64,000 bases of DNA, taken from contig JAFPXC010000001.1 of assembly GCA_017394805.1 (NCBI GenBank), positions 2,322 through 66,321 of the forward strand, in the 5' to 3' direction. A program made the translations under genes and the position numbers. Shown here piece after piece: positions 51,601 to 62,100 of the stretch. Positions within the stretch are counted from its first letter, which is position 1, and every line of letters starts with the position of its first letter. The stretch is from Clostridia bacterium (GTDB taxonomy: Bacteria; Bacillota; Clostridia; Christensenellales; CAG-1252). The notes beneath the pieces are model-generated. The model had not been told where the DNA came from. It saw only the letters and a list, made by a program, of their open reading frames with translations, and searched no databases.

Positions 51601-54600
51601 CTATACGAGCGAATTGAGCGAGGAAATTACGGTCGAGTACGCGGGCAACGGTCAAATCAACGCGGGCGAGTACGTCGTGACCGCCCACTTCACCGTGAGC
51701 GACAACTACAATCCCATCGCTGATAAGACGGCCACCTTGACCATCAACAAGGCCACGGTCAGTATGTCTTCGGTGACGTTCAACGACGTGAGTTACACCT
51801 ACAACAACACCGAACGCACCGTTACGATAGGCGGCTCCGTACCCGCCATCGTGCGCGTAACGTACACCAATAACACGCGTACCAACGCAGGCTCGCAAGT
51901 GGCGACGGCCTCTTTCGAGGTCATCGAAGGTGCCGACAACTACAACCCCATCGCGGATATGACCGCCACCTTGACCATCAACAAAGCCAACTACAATATG
52001 TATGGCATCGAGTATCCCAACCAGGTCAAGACCTACAACGGCGAGACGCAATATCCCGACACCAAGGGCAAAGTTGCTTTGCCTACGGGTTTGGACGGCG
52101 TACAACTGACGGCTTCTTTCTCGAGCGGCGTGACCAACGTGTCCGAGGGCAACAAGGCCATCACCGTGACCTTCGTTACCGAGAGCGCCAACTACAATGC
52201 GCCCGCCTCTCGCACGGTAAATTTGCAACTCTACGCCAAGCACGTGACGGTGGTCTGGTCGAATAGCGAGCTCGTCTTCAACGGGCAGAACCAAGCGCCC
52301 ACGGCCGTCGTAGAGGATGAATTGTGCGGGGACGACGCCCTCAACGTCGTTGTGCGCGGCGAACAAATGAATTACAGCGCCAATGCCTACACCGCTACCG
52401 CCTACCTGTACAACTTGGATAATACGCCCAATACCAACTATAGTGCCGGCAGCACGGGGACGTGCAGTTTCACCATCGCCAAGCGCGTGGTCGAGTACTA
52501 CGTCACCTTGGACGGCGCGGAAGTCTCCGAGGATAATATTCACGCTACCTACGGCGTCAACTACGATACGGGTGCCTACGTCAATGGGGCGACCGTTTAC
52601 GGCCATTCGATGGACGCGGTGGTGACCAACAGCGTAGGCGCGGGTGCTCGATTGGACCACGGCGGCGACTACTACAAGACGAATGCGGGCACCTATTCCG
52701 TCCGTTTTGTTCTGGCGGGCGGCGCTGCCGCCAACTATCAATTCGCGGACGGTACTACCGAACGCGAGGTGACTTGGTACGTCGATCCTTTGACCGTCAA
52801 CGTGACCTTGGCGGGCAATACCATCACCTATGGTGATGAGGTTACTTGGCCTTATGCCACTACCAATGTTCCGTGGACGACGTTGGCCGTGGATGCGGAC
52901 AGCGTGTACGAGGTTGTGTGCGCGGCGGCGGATATCGTCAATGCAGGCGAGCGTCCCAATGCGGGCACCTATCCCATCACCGTGGTAGACAAACACAACC
53001 CAAACTTCACGGTCAACGTCACCAATACGGCGAACCTCGTCATCAACAAGCGCAACATTTCCGTGAGTTTCGTGGGCGAGTCCAAGACCTTTACCTATGG
53101 TGACGCGGACGCTTGGGAGACCGTGAAAGCATACTACGTGGACAACGATATGCAACTGGAGGTCGTCGGCGAGGATGACGCCGCGCTGGTCGAGGAAGAC
53201 GGCGGCATCGCCGACTTCGTCTACCTTGCCTTCTATACGTACAACGCCCAAGAGCAAAGCACCGTGCAAGGCAATTTAGAGGCGGAATATCTCTATGCGG
53301 GCACCTATAGATTGGTGGTGAACGACGCGAACAACGGCGACAACTACAAAGTGGACTACTTGGTCGTGCAGGGCGCTATCGTCGTCGAACAAGCGACGCT
53401 TGCGGTGAGCGTAGATGTTCCGGGCAAGACTTACGACGGCGTCGCGCTGCCCACTGTCAACTTCTTGTACAACTACGTGACCGTGACCGGTTTTGTCGGC
53501 AACGACGCGGTCGGCTCCGGCGAATTTGTCGGTTATAATCTCATTGAAAATCACTATGCTTTCAAGTACGCTTCCGCCGAGGGCAGAGCGTGGGACGCCG
53601 TTCCCGAGGAAGAGTGGACGAGCGTTGCGCCCGCCAATGCGGAGCAATACTACGTGCTGGTCGCAATCAGTGGGCTTTGTAACTACGCCGATACTGTGGC
53701 TGTCGGCACCGTCACCATCGAGCGTCGCACCGTCAACATCGTGCCCGTCTACGGTCAAGGCAAGGTCTACGGCGAAGAGGACGGCACGCTCGTCTACGAG
53801 GTGCTCAACGTCGTCGTGGGCGAGCAGGTCGTGCTTACGGGCAGTCTGGCGTACGAAGGCGACGGTGGCGCAGGCGTACACGCCTTCACGATGGGCACTT
53901 TGGCGTTGACCGAGGACGAAGTTAACGTCAACTATGTGCTTTCGCTGTCCGCCGAGGTGTACACCATCACCAAGGCGACCTTCGAGGGCGAAATTCGCTT
54001 CGAGGATGCGACCTACGTCTACGATGGCACCGCAAAGTCCCTCGCCGTCGAGGCCGAGTTGAACGACGAGATCACCGTGTCGTACGAGAATAACGATCAA
54101 GTGAACGCGGGCGAGTACGTCGTGACCGCCCACTTCATCGTGAGCGCCAACTACAACGCCATCGCGGACGTCACGGCCACCCTTACCATCAACAAGGCCG
54201 TCTACGATATGACGGGCGTGTCCTTTGCGGACGTTGTGACCGTCTACGACGGCAATGCGCACACGATCACCGTGACGGGCGAACTGCCCGCGGGCGTGAC
54301 GGTAGCGTACGCCGACAACAGCCTCGTCAACGTGGGCACTACCACCGCCACGGCGACCTTCCAAGGCGATTACGACAATTACGAAAGCGTCGCTTCTATG
54401 CTGGCCACCCTCACCGTCAGCAAAGCCACCTACGATATGTCTTCGGTGGTCTTCGCGGATGTCACGGCCACCTACGACGGCGCGGCCCATACGGCCACCG
54501 TATCGGGCGACCTGCCCGCGGGCGTCACCGTGACCTACATCAACAACAGCCTCATCAACGCGGGCGCTGTGGAGGCCATCGCCATCTTCCAAGGCGACTA

Positions 54601-55696
54601 CGCCAACTACAAGGCCATCACGGATATGACCGCCACCGTCACCGTGCGCAAGGCGCGTATCGACATAGGTGCGTTCAACGACGGCACCTTCGTCTACGAC
54701 GGCAGCGAGAAGGCCATCACGATGGGCGAGTTGCCCGAGGTCGTCGCCGTATCCTACGAGGGCAATGGCGTCAAAAACGTGGGTACGTATGTGGTTATTG
54801 CGCACTTCATCGTGGGTGCCAACTACGAGTCCATCGCGGACAAGACGGCCACCATCACCATCACCAAGGCCACCTACGATATGACGGGCGTCACCTTCGC
54901 GGACGTAGTGGCCGCCTATGACGGCGCGGCCCATACGGCCACCGTAGCGGGCGAATTGCCCGAGGGCGTGACGGTCGCGTACGAGAACAATAGCCTCACC
55001 AAAGTGGGCGTCTTGACCGCCAAAGCGATCTTCAGCGGTGATTACGACAACTACAACGCCATCGCCGATATGACGGCTACCATCACCGTCACCGAGGCGG
55101 CGCCCACCCAAAACGAGGACGGCTCCAAGACCTACGAGAAAGAGGTCGACCAAAAACAAGCGGCTTCCGAGGGCGTGGACATGACCGCCATCTTCGACGA
55201 CGCGGCCAAGGACGACAGCACCGAGAAAGAAGTCAAACTGTCCGTGGGTACGACCGAGATCGTCTTCGACGCGGCGGCCATCGCGGCCATCGCGGGCAAG
55301 GACGTCAAGTTGCAGGTCAACGTCATTATGCCCGACGAGAACGACGCCGAAGAGAATGCCGAGATGACCTTGGATATCACCTTGACGGGCGCCACCTTCG
55401 AGCAAGGCAAAGTGACCGTCACCGCCGCTTTCGACAAAGCCGCGCCCAAGGGCATGGTCAGCAAGGTGTACTACGTGGATGCGGACGGCAATCGCACGGA
55501 TATGAACGCCACCTTCTCGGACGGCAAAGTCGTCTTCGAGACCAATCACTTCTCGCGCTACATCGTCGTGTTCGAGAAAGCAGGGTTGTCGGGTGGTGCC
55601 GTAGCGGGCATCGTCATCGCCTGCGTGGTCTTCGCGGCACTCGTCGCCGTGGGCGTCATCTTCTTGCTTCGCAAGAAAAAGAGCGCGGCGAAATAG
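45623..55696 (+). CDS. Giant repeat-rich cell-surface adhesin-like protein (3357 aa)
   Basis: N-terminal signal/TM segment (LVLAAVVVLAVVGLAVFGAMAV...ASA). There are dozens of ~75-90-aa modules of two kinds. One kind is ...KTYDGTTAATL...VTATGTF.SKNVG.DK... (YDG-type). The other is ...ITV.ADDK...YG...NY.... (MBG/YGX-type), assigned from memory. It ends in a C-terminal TM anchor plus basic tail GIVIACVVFAALVAVGVIFLLRKKKSAAK. Confidence 0.9.
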   Translation: MNRTMRMTEVTYLVLAAVVVLAVVGLAVFGAMAVKATASAEPEHVHSFTYEVVNKNGLDYIYATCSGDDCPLPNHQAGAMLSSKTVITYTGSPVNPLQWYYNADFLDKTGIDVTTFDPVYTGTSNGGVAYGPSTTAPTDAGDYVGTVTVTIDGNDYALSRAFTVNKTDVSLTTNPTCPTYNGTEQPIFTDPVAGCQATFTYMYRSKVGDAWGAWTDGYIAGIPTETNCIPYQVQFKIIPTGDDAGNYNVTTTYSYNVGVKQASYGVYNGSASGDNKRNLQFYLDGVSTTVAPLDSGSNWNRYYPAGFAYDGNAHTFEAKITGVGDEVITVISITRTDAGRNASTIVAGNYAAEGSDYQNYYLSQGVNSSFGINILKADYDMSGVVYDTEKEYNGEMQFLTVGNLPVGLDGVAVTASCSGNPATYPSNGEQLWTVTFATTSTNYNVPAAVNKNFSIVKKNVTVSVGDVGYYDGTAKLPLVTFTGTEEGEEAAVALVDNTQDNVNAGTFDVTIEVDDDLYTLVAGEGYTVTAGVGAATVTIAKRPIEVTLTGATSVYGEAIAVPAVEVTSAVDVVEGDNPWATTAAYEALTATTTVGAGSVAVLQSSDDNYQITFVGNTYAITPKPITVTADDKSSPYGDATVALTATLSAALVGADQEADLFYLTKEAGTDAGDYTIAVVPSNNLNYDLTAEDGVYTIVPRAITVTIEDKTSTYGDNRVPLTAGVTEGTLAVGDAAPYTLSCAATETYIYFSDAQGWGYPIYAYAWSDDPAVGSNAAWPGMECTWLEKNEYFEDVYYYDLGDKGYTKIIFSSNGRQTQDVVLSAAYNAYYSTNVADGLGHYAAEGYLHAFTKAASNAGEYAIEGTATDDNYAVTFVTGTYVVAPRQVTVSGIEVTGRAYDGTAEATLDYTSLQIEGVLKGDELTVTATGTFDSKNVGVDKTVSITDYVFGGTSAANYAVKNDSQTLATATITALEIVVAGIEAEDKTYDGTTAATLDYTGVTLDGGLDGDDLAVTATGTFNSKNVGEDKAVAISGLTLVGADAVNYYLAAEGQQTASVATIAQQAIVVSGVQDASTRYPYFKKSYDGTTNVESLYFVTSDAVLDGKADGDDLTVTVTGTLEDKYPGENKTAAILLQLSGADVANYYLAAEGQQTTVTGLIVNKKTLIPSVSGLTAEGARKVYNGSIYQTFAGSDFTGIGWFSGSAPVAGDDVYIESVTAKVGKNVGSHQIVVNTSENPGCIVLGGADKDYYNIATRNTQYGSFYVIYATVVARNLIVTGLTAGDKNYDGTIYAQINISGAALTGVIEGDDVSLVNGGTSGTFADASAGEDKLVTVSGFTLEGEAAGNYVIASCRATATIHPKQVTVAGIEAADKTYDGTTAATLSYEGVTLTGKVGEDELTVTATGTFADKNAAEGKTVTISDITFGGAAASNYVVKSNSQTSATATINQREVEIEWGNDALTYNGVAQQPTATVANAVEGDVVTITVSGAQTDYSADAYTATVTAVDDANYKLPASVTHEYTIAQFEVELVWNNDALTYDGTAQQPIATVGNKPAEGEAVTVTVEGAATDYSAEAYVATATALSSDNYKLPASATHAFTIAQFEVELVWANDALTYNASQQKPIATVGNKPANGEAVTVTVEGAATNYSAEAYVATATALSSDNYKLPADVTHEFTIARKTVVVTYKETGPMSFTYGDQGSYNVSNVGGASQNLVNNVTATGQYYCTQLDMIADIQAQNVETGEIVPGNGFRYYTPVGTYHFLVTARNVALADNYEIVGAVNDDDRAIITINPATITNISISDIATPTYDGSNTAVATVTATATVQRPFENQASLAFVYSATDSGEYTAAIPQFVTAGDYTVYYKVSADNHNTATGTFTVTVAKRTVELVTYFNDDATQTATSYMGAAQTFHAIVANPAKADGVNDDDVTVTLSLNGGTAAGEYAVTLSIANDNYAFDNGAAAKDVVFSIAKATYAVTFEDLTVTYDGTAKSVYTSELSEEITVEYAGNGQINAGEYVVTAHFTVSDNYNPIADKTATLTINKATVSMSSVTFNDVSYTYNNTERTVTIGGSVPAIVRVTYTNNTRTNAGSQVATASFEVIEGADNYNPIADMTATLTINKANYNMYGIEYPNQVKTYNGETQYPDTKGKVALPTGLDGVQLTASFSSGVTNVSEGNKAITVTFVTESANYNAPASRTVNLQLYAKHVTVVWSNSELVFNGQNQAPTAVVEDELCGDDALNVVVRGEQMNYSANAYTATAYLYNLDNTPNTNYSAGSTGTCSFTIAKRVVEYYVTLDGAEVSEDNIHATYGVNYDTGAYVNGATVYGHSMDAVVTNSVGAGARLDHGGDYYKTNAGTYSVRFVLAGGAAANYQFADGTTEREVTWYVDPLTVNVTLAGNTITYGDEVTWPYATTNVPWTTLAVDADSVYEVVCAAADIVNAGERPNAGTYPITVVDKHNPNFTVNVTNTANLVINKRNISVSFVGESKTFTYGDADAWETVKAYYVDNDMQLEVVGEDDAALVEEDGGIADFVYLAFYTYNAQEQSTVQGNLEAEYLYAGTYRLVVNDANNGDNYKVDYLVVQGAIVVEQATLAVSVDVPGKTYDGVALPTVNFLYNYVTVTGFVGNDAVGSGEFVGYNLIENHYAFKYASAEGRAWDAVPEEEWTSVAPANAEQYYVLVAISGLCNYADTVAVGTVTIERRTVNIVPVYGQGKVYGEEDGTLVYEVLNVVVGEQVVLTGSLAYEGDGGAGVHAFTMGTLALTEDEVNVNYVLSLSAEVYTITKATFEGEIRFEDATYVYDGTAKSLAVEAELNDEITVSYENNDQVNAGEYVVTAHFIVSANYNAIADVTATLTINKAVYDMTGVSFADVVTVYDGNAHTITVTGELPAGVTVAYADNSLVNVGTTTATATFQGDYDNYESVASMLATLTVSKATYDMSSVVFADVTATYDGAAHTATVSGDLPAGVTVTYINNSLINAGAVEAIAIFQGDYANYKAITDMTATVTVRKARIDIGAFNDGTFVYDGSEKAITMGELPEVVAVSYEGNGVKNVGTYVVIAHFIVGANYESIADKTATITITKATYDMTGVTFADVVAAYDGAAHTATVAGELPEGVTVAYENNSLTKVGVLTAKAIFSGDYDNYNAIADMTATITVTEAAPTQNEDGSKTYEKEVDQKQAASEGVDMTAIFDDAAKDDSTEKEVKLSVGTTEIVFDAAAIAAIAGKDVKLQVNVIMPDENDAEENAEMTLDITLTGATFEQGKVTVTAAFDKAAPKGMVSKVYYVDADGNRTDMNATFSDGKVVFETNHFSRYIVVFEKAGLSGGAVAGIVIACVVFAALVAVGVIFLLRKKKSAAK
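49970..50659 (+). repeat. Three tandem coding repeats (228 + 231 + 231 bp) inside the adhesin gene
   Basis: Units start at 49970, 50198 and 50429. Units 2 and 3 are near-identical at the DNA level (FEVELVW.NDALTY...PIATVGNKPA.GEAVTVTVEGAAT.YSAEAYVATATALSSDNYKLPA). Unit 1 is more diverged. Confidence 0.85.
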
Positions 55697-55720
55697 TAAC
55701 GCTCCATCCGATTAAACGTG

Positions 55721-55750
55721 CGGCACCCTTCGGGGTGCCGTATCTTTTTT
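55721..55750 (+). terminator. Rho-independent terminator after the adhesin gene
   Basis: cggcaccc-ttcg-gggtgccg (8-bp stem with a UUCG loop, 55721-55740), then tatcTTTTTT. Confidence 0.85.
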
Positions 55751-56023
55751 GCCGAGCGGCGAAAAACGCATCGGCCGGCGGCGGATTTTCCTCGCGCCAA
55801 GAACGACCGAGCGAATATTCCGCGTTATTCTCGCGTTTCGGCAAGGGCGGCTCTTTTCTGCGTGCGTATTGGCTTTCGCGTAGGGCGCAGGCGCAAATAA
55901 CGGGGGTACGTACGGTGGCAATTCGCGCCAAAACGGGCGCAAATCGCGCTCGGTAATCTCCTTTTGCGTCCCCTCGCGCTTCGGTGTTCGGCGCGGAATG
56001 CGGCGGTTGGTGAAAAATGGCTA

Positions 56024-56053
56024 TTGACAAAGGCGGCGCATTTGCTGTATCAT
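56024..56053 (+). promoter_or_regulatory. Candidate promoter of the 2168-aa lipoprotein gene
   Basis: TTGACA (56024-56029), 18 nt, TATCAT (56048-56053). GGAGG RBS lies before ATG 56116. Confidence 0.45.
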
Positions 56054-56115
56054 ATATACTGTACTTCTATACTTAGGCGTACCCGCGCATTTTTGCGCGT
56101 ATATGTGGAGGCAGT

Positions 56116-59100
56116 ATGAAAAAAAGATTTTTATTCGCAATAACGATTGTCCTGTTCATCGTGACGACGGCGGTTGCGCTTACGGCTTGCCGTAAGAAAC
56201 CCACGGAGCCGACGGTCAAGACCATTTACGACGTGTCTTTGGGTACGATGGCGGTAGGCACAGCTATCGAGAAGGCCGTGCAGGTCGAGGGCGCCGAAAA
56301 CGTCTATTTGTCGTTCACGTTCGTCGTGGATAAGGGCGCGGATACCTACAACGAGGTGTACGAATTGGCGGCCTTGCTCGACTTGGACGACGACCGCAAC
56401 TGCGCGCTGTCTTTCAAGAATTATACGGATATCGAGAATATCATTTCCACCGAGGTCTACTACAAAAACGGCGTCTTGTATCTCAACAAGCAACCCGCCG
56501 TGGATCGTGCCGCCGTACAGGGCGTATCGTTGTCGCAAATCGCCTCCACCCTTGCGACTTCTACCGTGAGCGGCCAAGTCGGTACGGTACTGCAACTCCT
56601 GCCCGCCTTGGGCGACCGCGTCTTTTCGGCGTGCGAGCGCACCCAAGAGGGTGACAAGACCACCTACGCCTTCACGGTGGATTACAGCCAAATCGGCACG
56701 ACCGTCGGGTACCTCGTGTCCCAGACGGGGTTGCTCAACGCGGCGGAAATGACTAAGCTTTTGGGGCTTGACGACGTCGCCGAAGGGGGTAGCACCCAGT
56801 TGGTCTTTGTGACGCAAAACGTGGAGAACGTGGGCGAAGTGTTCGTCTCGGCCGATTGCCGCACCACCCGTGGGGGCGTCGCCACCGCCAAAACCGTGCA
56901 GTCCTTCAGTTGCAAAGTGCTGTCGGACGCCGCCGTGGCACAGCCGCAATATCAGGTGGCCATGCCCGACAATTTGTCTTCGTTCGGGTACGCGCACCCC
57001 GCCAATCTCAACCTGTTGGGCACCGTGACCATGGACGTCAGCAGCGCCTCCCGCGCCGCGTATCTCGGGGCGCAACCCCTCACCCTTTCTCTGTCCAACT
57101 ACCGTTATCAATGGGATTTCAGTCTGCAGAGCAACGTGGACGCCTTGGGCAAGTGGACGGCGAACCTCGTCTTCACCAACCAAGCGGACCGTTCGCGCCG
57201 CGTGGGGCTCTATTTCGCCGACCAAACCCTCTATCTCGACCTCTCTTCGCTGTCCTTGGGCAGTTGGCAGCTTCCCGCCGCCAAAGTGCAGGAGATTGCC
57301 GCCGAGTTGGGCAGAGGTCGCGCCGCCCAAACTCTGACGCCCCAAAATTACCGCGACATCATTTTCGACCTTTTGGTGGATAGGGTAGAGGAGAGCGAAA
57401 AGGTCACCTATACCCTCAAGGCCGATTCCATCGTCAAGTTGTACAACGCCATCGAGGAGACCTTGACCGAGGGCGCGTTGTGCACCTTGCCTCCCGTGGC
57501 CGCGGACGGTGCGTCCGTGGTCGTGGACACCCAAAACAACGCCTTCCGCACCCTGACCGTATCGGCCTCCGTGTGGGGCTCCACCGTCACGGTGGTCGCG
57601 TCCAATCCCTCGGTGGGCAAGCCCGTCAACGTGGTCGCGCCCGAGTGGGTGGCGACGTGCGTCAATCCGCTTACGGCCGCCACTATCACGCCCACCGCGC
57701 GCGGTATCGTGCGCTCGTACACCGCCGCCGGCGGCAACACCGCGTTGGTGGAAGCGTTGCTTCGCTCGGTGTCCGACGAGGACGTGGATTTGGGAGATAA
57801 AGAAATCTACTATTACAATTTCGCCGCCACTTTGGCGGGTAGCGGCAAGATAAACGCGTTTTCGGTGGACTTCGACACCGACCACAACGAGCGCGTGTGC
57901 TCGCTCTACTATCACGCGGATTCGCCCGACGAGTTGTTCGTCATTATGCCTACCGTCGGCACGGAGACCCAAGTGGTCGCCTTGACCGTCAAGAACGAAA
58001 TGCGCTACGTGGACTTCGTCCGCGCCGTCAACGGCAATATCGAGATCCGCGAGGACCTTGCCGAGTGCACCCTGTCCAACACGCAGTCCTCCTTGTCGTT
58101 TACTTGGAGCAACGCGGGGTTGAAGGCGCTCCTTGCCAAAGCCGCCGCTTTCCTCACGGCCCCGACCGTCACCACCGTACCCAACGACTTGGGCTTGCAG
58201 GCCTTGCGCCTTACCTTGGGCGGCGATAGAGCCTTGCGCTTGGCGTTCGCGGCCGACCGCTTCATCGAGTTCGGGATGGACGCTTTGTCCATCGGGGACG
58301 CGGATTTGTCCCTGACGACCTCGCTGAAACACAACGCCGTATCCTATTTCGATCAATACAATTTGCCGCAGTCCGTCGCGGTGACCATCGGCGACGGTAG
58401 CGCCGCGCCGCGCAAGCTCAACGTGGCGCTTGCCGACTTCGGCACCGATTGGACCTTCGCGCACGAGCCCGCCTTGGGCAGCGGCAAGCAGTTGGTCACC
58501 GCCACCGGCGTGGTGTTCGGCCAAGAGGTGGATTTGAGTTTCGAGGTGGATTGCACTTGCCCCTCCGAAGTGACCGTGCTGGACGTGCCCACCTACGCCG
58601 CGCATCTCGAGGACAAGACCTTTACCTTTGCCCGTTACAGCGAAACGGTATCGCCCGTGGACGTGGTCGGTGCGTACCGCACCGTCAAGGTGGTCGTGGG
58701 CAGTAACCCCGCGCGGGAGTTGCCCTTGTCTTGGTTGCACAACGGCGAAGAGATCGCCGAGGCCGATTGGTCTACGCCCGACAGGAGGGAAGGCAATCAA
58801 TCCGAGTTCGTCATTTTGCCCGCCGTCAAAAACTTCTTCGGGCGCATGGTGGCGTTGGACGCCGCCGGCACGACGAATTTGGCGGGGCAATACGTCCTGC
58901 GGTTGGAGGGCGCCCGCATCGCCAACGTCAAGAACGCAGGGGAGTATATGACCTTGCAAACGTACGGCGCCAATTACGATCCCTTCGATCCCGCCACCTA
59001 CGATAGCGCCGAATTGGTGTTCCAGACCGACCTCGGCATCGTGGTGGACGGCGTGAGCAAGTGGGAATGGGATATAGATTCCATTCGCAACAGATCGCAC

Positions 59101-62100
59101 GCCGAGGGCGGCATACACAACGGCGGCGCGTTGTACGACACCGCAGGCTTGCGCCAGGCCATGAAGGAAAAACTGTACGCGTTGAGCGGCAAGTACGCCG
59201 TCAACGTCAACGTCTACAACACGTTGGGCGTGGTGGAGAACAGCATTACGGTCACCGTGCGCGTGGGCTCCTACGTCATCAAAGAGGTGACCTTCGAGCA
59301 GTTGGCGGACGGCGTGGCGTACACCAAAGAAACGGGCGACTATATGGGACGCTTCGCGGTGGCGACGCGCACCCTTAGCGACGTGCCCTACAACTTCGCC
59401 TTCGCCAAGGTGGCGGTCGTCACGTTCGACAACGGCACGACCCAACGCTTCGACGCGCGCGATTGGACCACTTCGCCTTTGGCCGCCGTCTTTATGTTCC
59501 AATCCTATCAAGGTGACGTCAAATTGACTTTGGGTGACCAAGCGGGCGGACGACAGACCCTCTCCCTGCACTACGACGTGGCGGCCGAGCCCGTGGACGG
59601 CGTGGCCGTTTGGGGCTACAAGAACGGCGTCAAAACCGAGATAGAAGGAAGTCTTGTGGAGGCGACCGCGGCGACCAAGCAGTTGAGCTTCACCTTCGAG
59701 CACCTCAATCCCTACGACTACGTTATGCCCGCCGGTTTGGCGGTGCACTATCAGCTCGGCACGCAGTACGTCGAGCACGCCTTCGCCTTCGAGGGGTGGA
59801 ACGCCAACGCGTTGTGGCACAATAATACCCCCTACGTTACCACGGAAAACGTGTACAACGTGGCGGTGACCATCACGATGTCCTTCGACAACAAGTTCGT
59901 TTCGGGCGAGTGGTATTTCGCCGGTATGGTGGAGGATGCGGACGGCTTGTACGTCTTCGACGCCGAGGAGGGCAACTTCGTCTTGTACAACAACAGCGTG
60001 CCCGCGCATCGCAATTTGACGCGCTATAGCCGCGTGGCAACGCCTTCCGTCGTGCACCAAAAGAGCAAATCGGGCGCCTACGTCTACTACGGCGGCAGTT
60101 ATGTGCCCTACGAGGACGGCAACCCCGACCACAGCACCTTGGATCGCTACACCTACGATACCATTCTCGCCGTGCCCTACGTGTATGAGGAGAACGAACT
60201 CGGCGATTACGTATATTTGAACGGCGTGCACGTTCTGTACGACGCCGAGAAACACCAAGGGCAAAAGCGCTATGCCCGAGCGGGCACCGTCAACGTGTTC
60301 TATCGCAAAGGCACGGACGGATTGGAGCGATTGGTGCTCGATCCCAACAAGGTGGACTACACCTGCACCGAGGCCTATCCCGCGTTGGTGGTCGTGACCT
60401 TTGAGGACGGCACCAAGGCCGTGTTGCCCGCCGTGTGGGATTTGTCGGCGTTGGCCACGGTCAGCCCCGAAGAGGACTATACCGAAACGGTCGGCCTATC
60501 CATTCCCATGGCGCAATTCTTGGCGGACGTCTATATGCGTATCGAGTCCACCAAGCCCAAATACACTTACTATCAAGTGGCCGTAGACGGCGAGTCGGGC
60601 GAGCCTATTCTGGACGCGGACGGCTTCTATACGGACGGCCGTAGCGAGGTGACGCTCACTTTGTTGGGCACGGATGCGGACGGCAGGCTGGTCGTCAACG
60701 ACCTCACTTCCGAGAAGCGTCTCCACGACGTCATCTGCGGCTGTGACCAAGAGGGTTGCAAAGGGCATCTCTACTTTGACTACGGCGATTCCACCACGGC
60801 CAACGCGCGCTTTGCCGTGACCGAGTGGAAGCGGCTCAACGCCATTGCCGAGGGGTTGCGCCAAGCGGCCGCGGAGCGTCCCGACGTGCCGTTGCAAGAG
60901 TTGTCCTACCAAGTGACGGTCATTGCCGTGGCGCACAATATCGAGATAGAGGTGGTCGTCCACGTGCAAGCCTCCAATATGAGCGACGTGGCGTACACCG
61001 CGGCGGGTATGCCGTTGGTGGCCAGTTCCATGTCCTCGGCGGGCGCGACGGTGTACAGCATGGCGGCGGACGGCACCGCCCTTACGGTGGATCCGTACGT
61101 GGCGGATATCTTCAACGCGGACAATTACCCCAAGGAGTTGCAATTCAATTTGGGCGGCGTGGTCGGCAAGGCCTACGTGGACGGGTGGGATTTGTCCGCT
61201 CTCAAGGGCGTAATGCCGTACGAAGGCGCTACGGCTACCGTCTATGCGCAAATCAATACCGCCTTCGGGCCTGTGCGCGTGGCTGCGCCTTTGACCGTCA
61301 AACGGCGCAAGATCCAGTCGGTGACGATAGACGGCTCGACGGGCTTCTTCCTGTGCGTCAACGCGATGAGCGCCCAGCCCTTCGGCTCGGAGATCGTCGA
61401 GGAAGCCGGCCGCACCATCGCGCTCAAGACGGTGGACGTCAGGTTCGAAAACGACGACTTGGCCTATCACATGACCATGCGCTACGATATTACCGACTAC
61501 GTCGCGCCCTATTCGGCGGCTACGCTCAACGAGAACGCGACCGTGTACGTGGGCAACGCGGCGGGCGGCTATCAAGCCATAGCGGGCTATCGAGTGCTCA
61601 CCAACGACAATTATATAATGCGCGTACGCGTGCCCATGGACGATCCCGCCTACGATTTGCTCAAAGCCTACCTCAAGGACGGCGAGGGCAATTGGGACGG
61701 CGTGATATTCGCGGTGGGCGCTTCGGACAACGGCACGTTCGTCACCTTCGACGACTCCGCGGCCGCCAACGAGGCGTGGCGCGCGTTGACCACCGCCAAC
61801 CGTCGGCTCGTGTTGAGTTGCGGCTATATGGATGAGACCAACGCCTTGCATACCACCGACTATACGGCTGCTTTGGGCGAGCCCGACGACGTGGGCGTGG
61901 GCTACAAGTGGGAGCGCGCCACTATGCAGGGCAAGGCGGTGTTGCGCCTCTCGGTGTGGAACACCGTGTCCGCGGGCGCCGAGCACCTCTCCACCGTGCA
62001 GTACGTCAGCACGGGCACCGACCGTTACGTCAGCCTGACGCGCTCGATGCTGAGTCTGGCGGGCGTGGACGGCGAGAGCATCACCGAGGCCTATGATCGC

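Noticed and set aside
45359-55549. Series of long minus-strand ORFs (484, 667, 793, 615 and 757 aa) opposite the adhesin gene
   Set aside because: Same antisense GC-rich artefact. They have no RBSs and a G/R/D/V-rich composition, whereas the sense frame has a signal peptide, coherent repeats and a membrane anchor.
55751-56023. Small ORFs (60-124 aa, both strands) in the GC-rich spacer between the two giant genes
   Set aside because: They mutually overlap, their products are R/P/A-rich, and none has a properly spaced RBS. They are probably non-coding.
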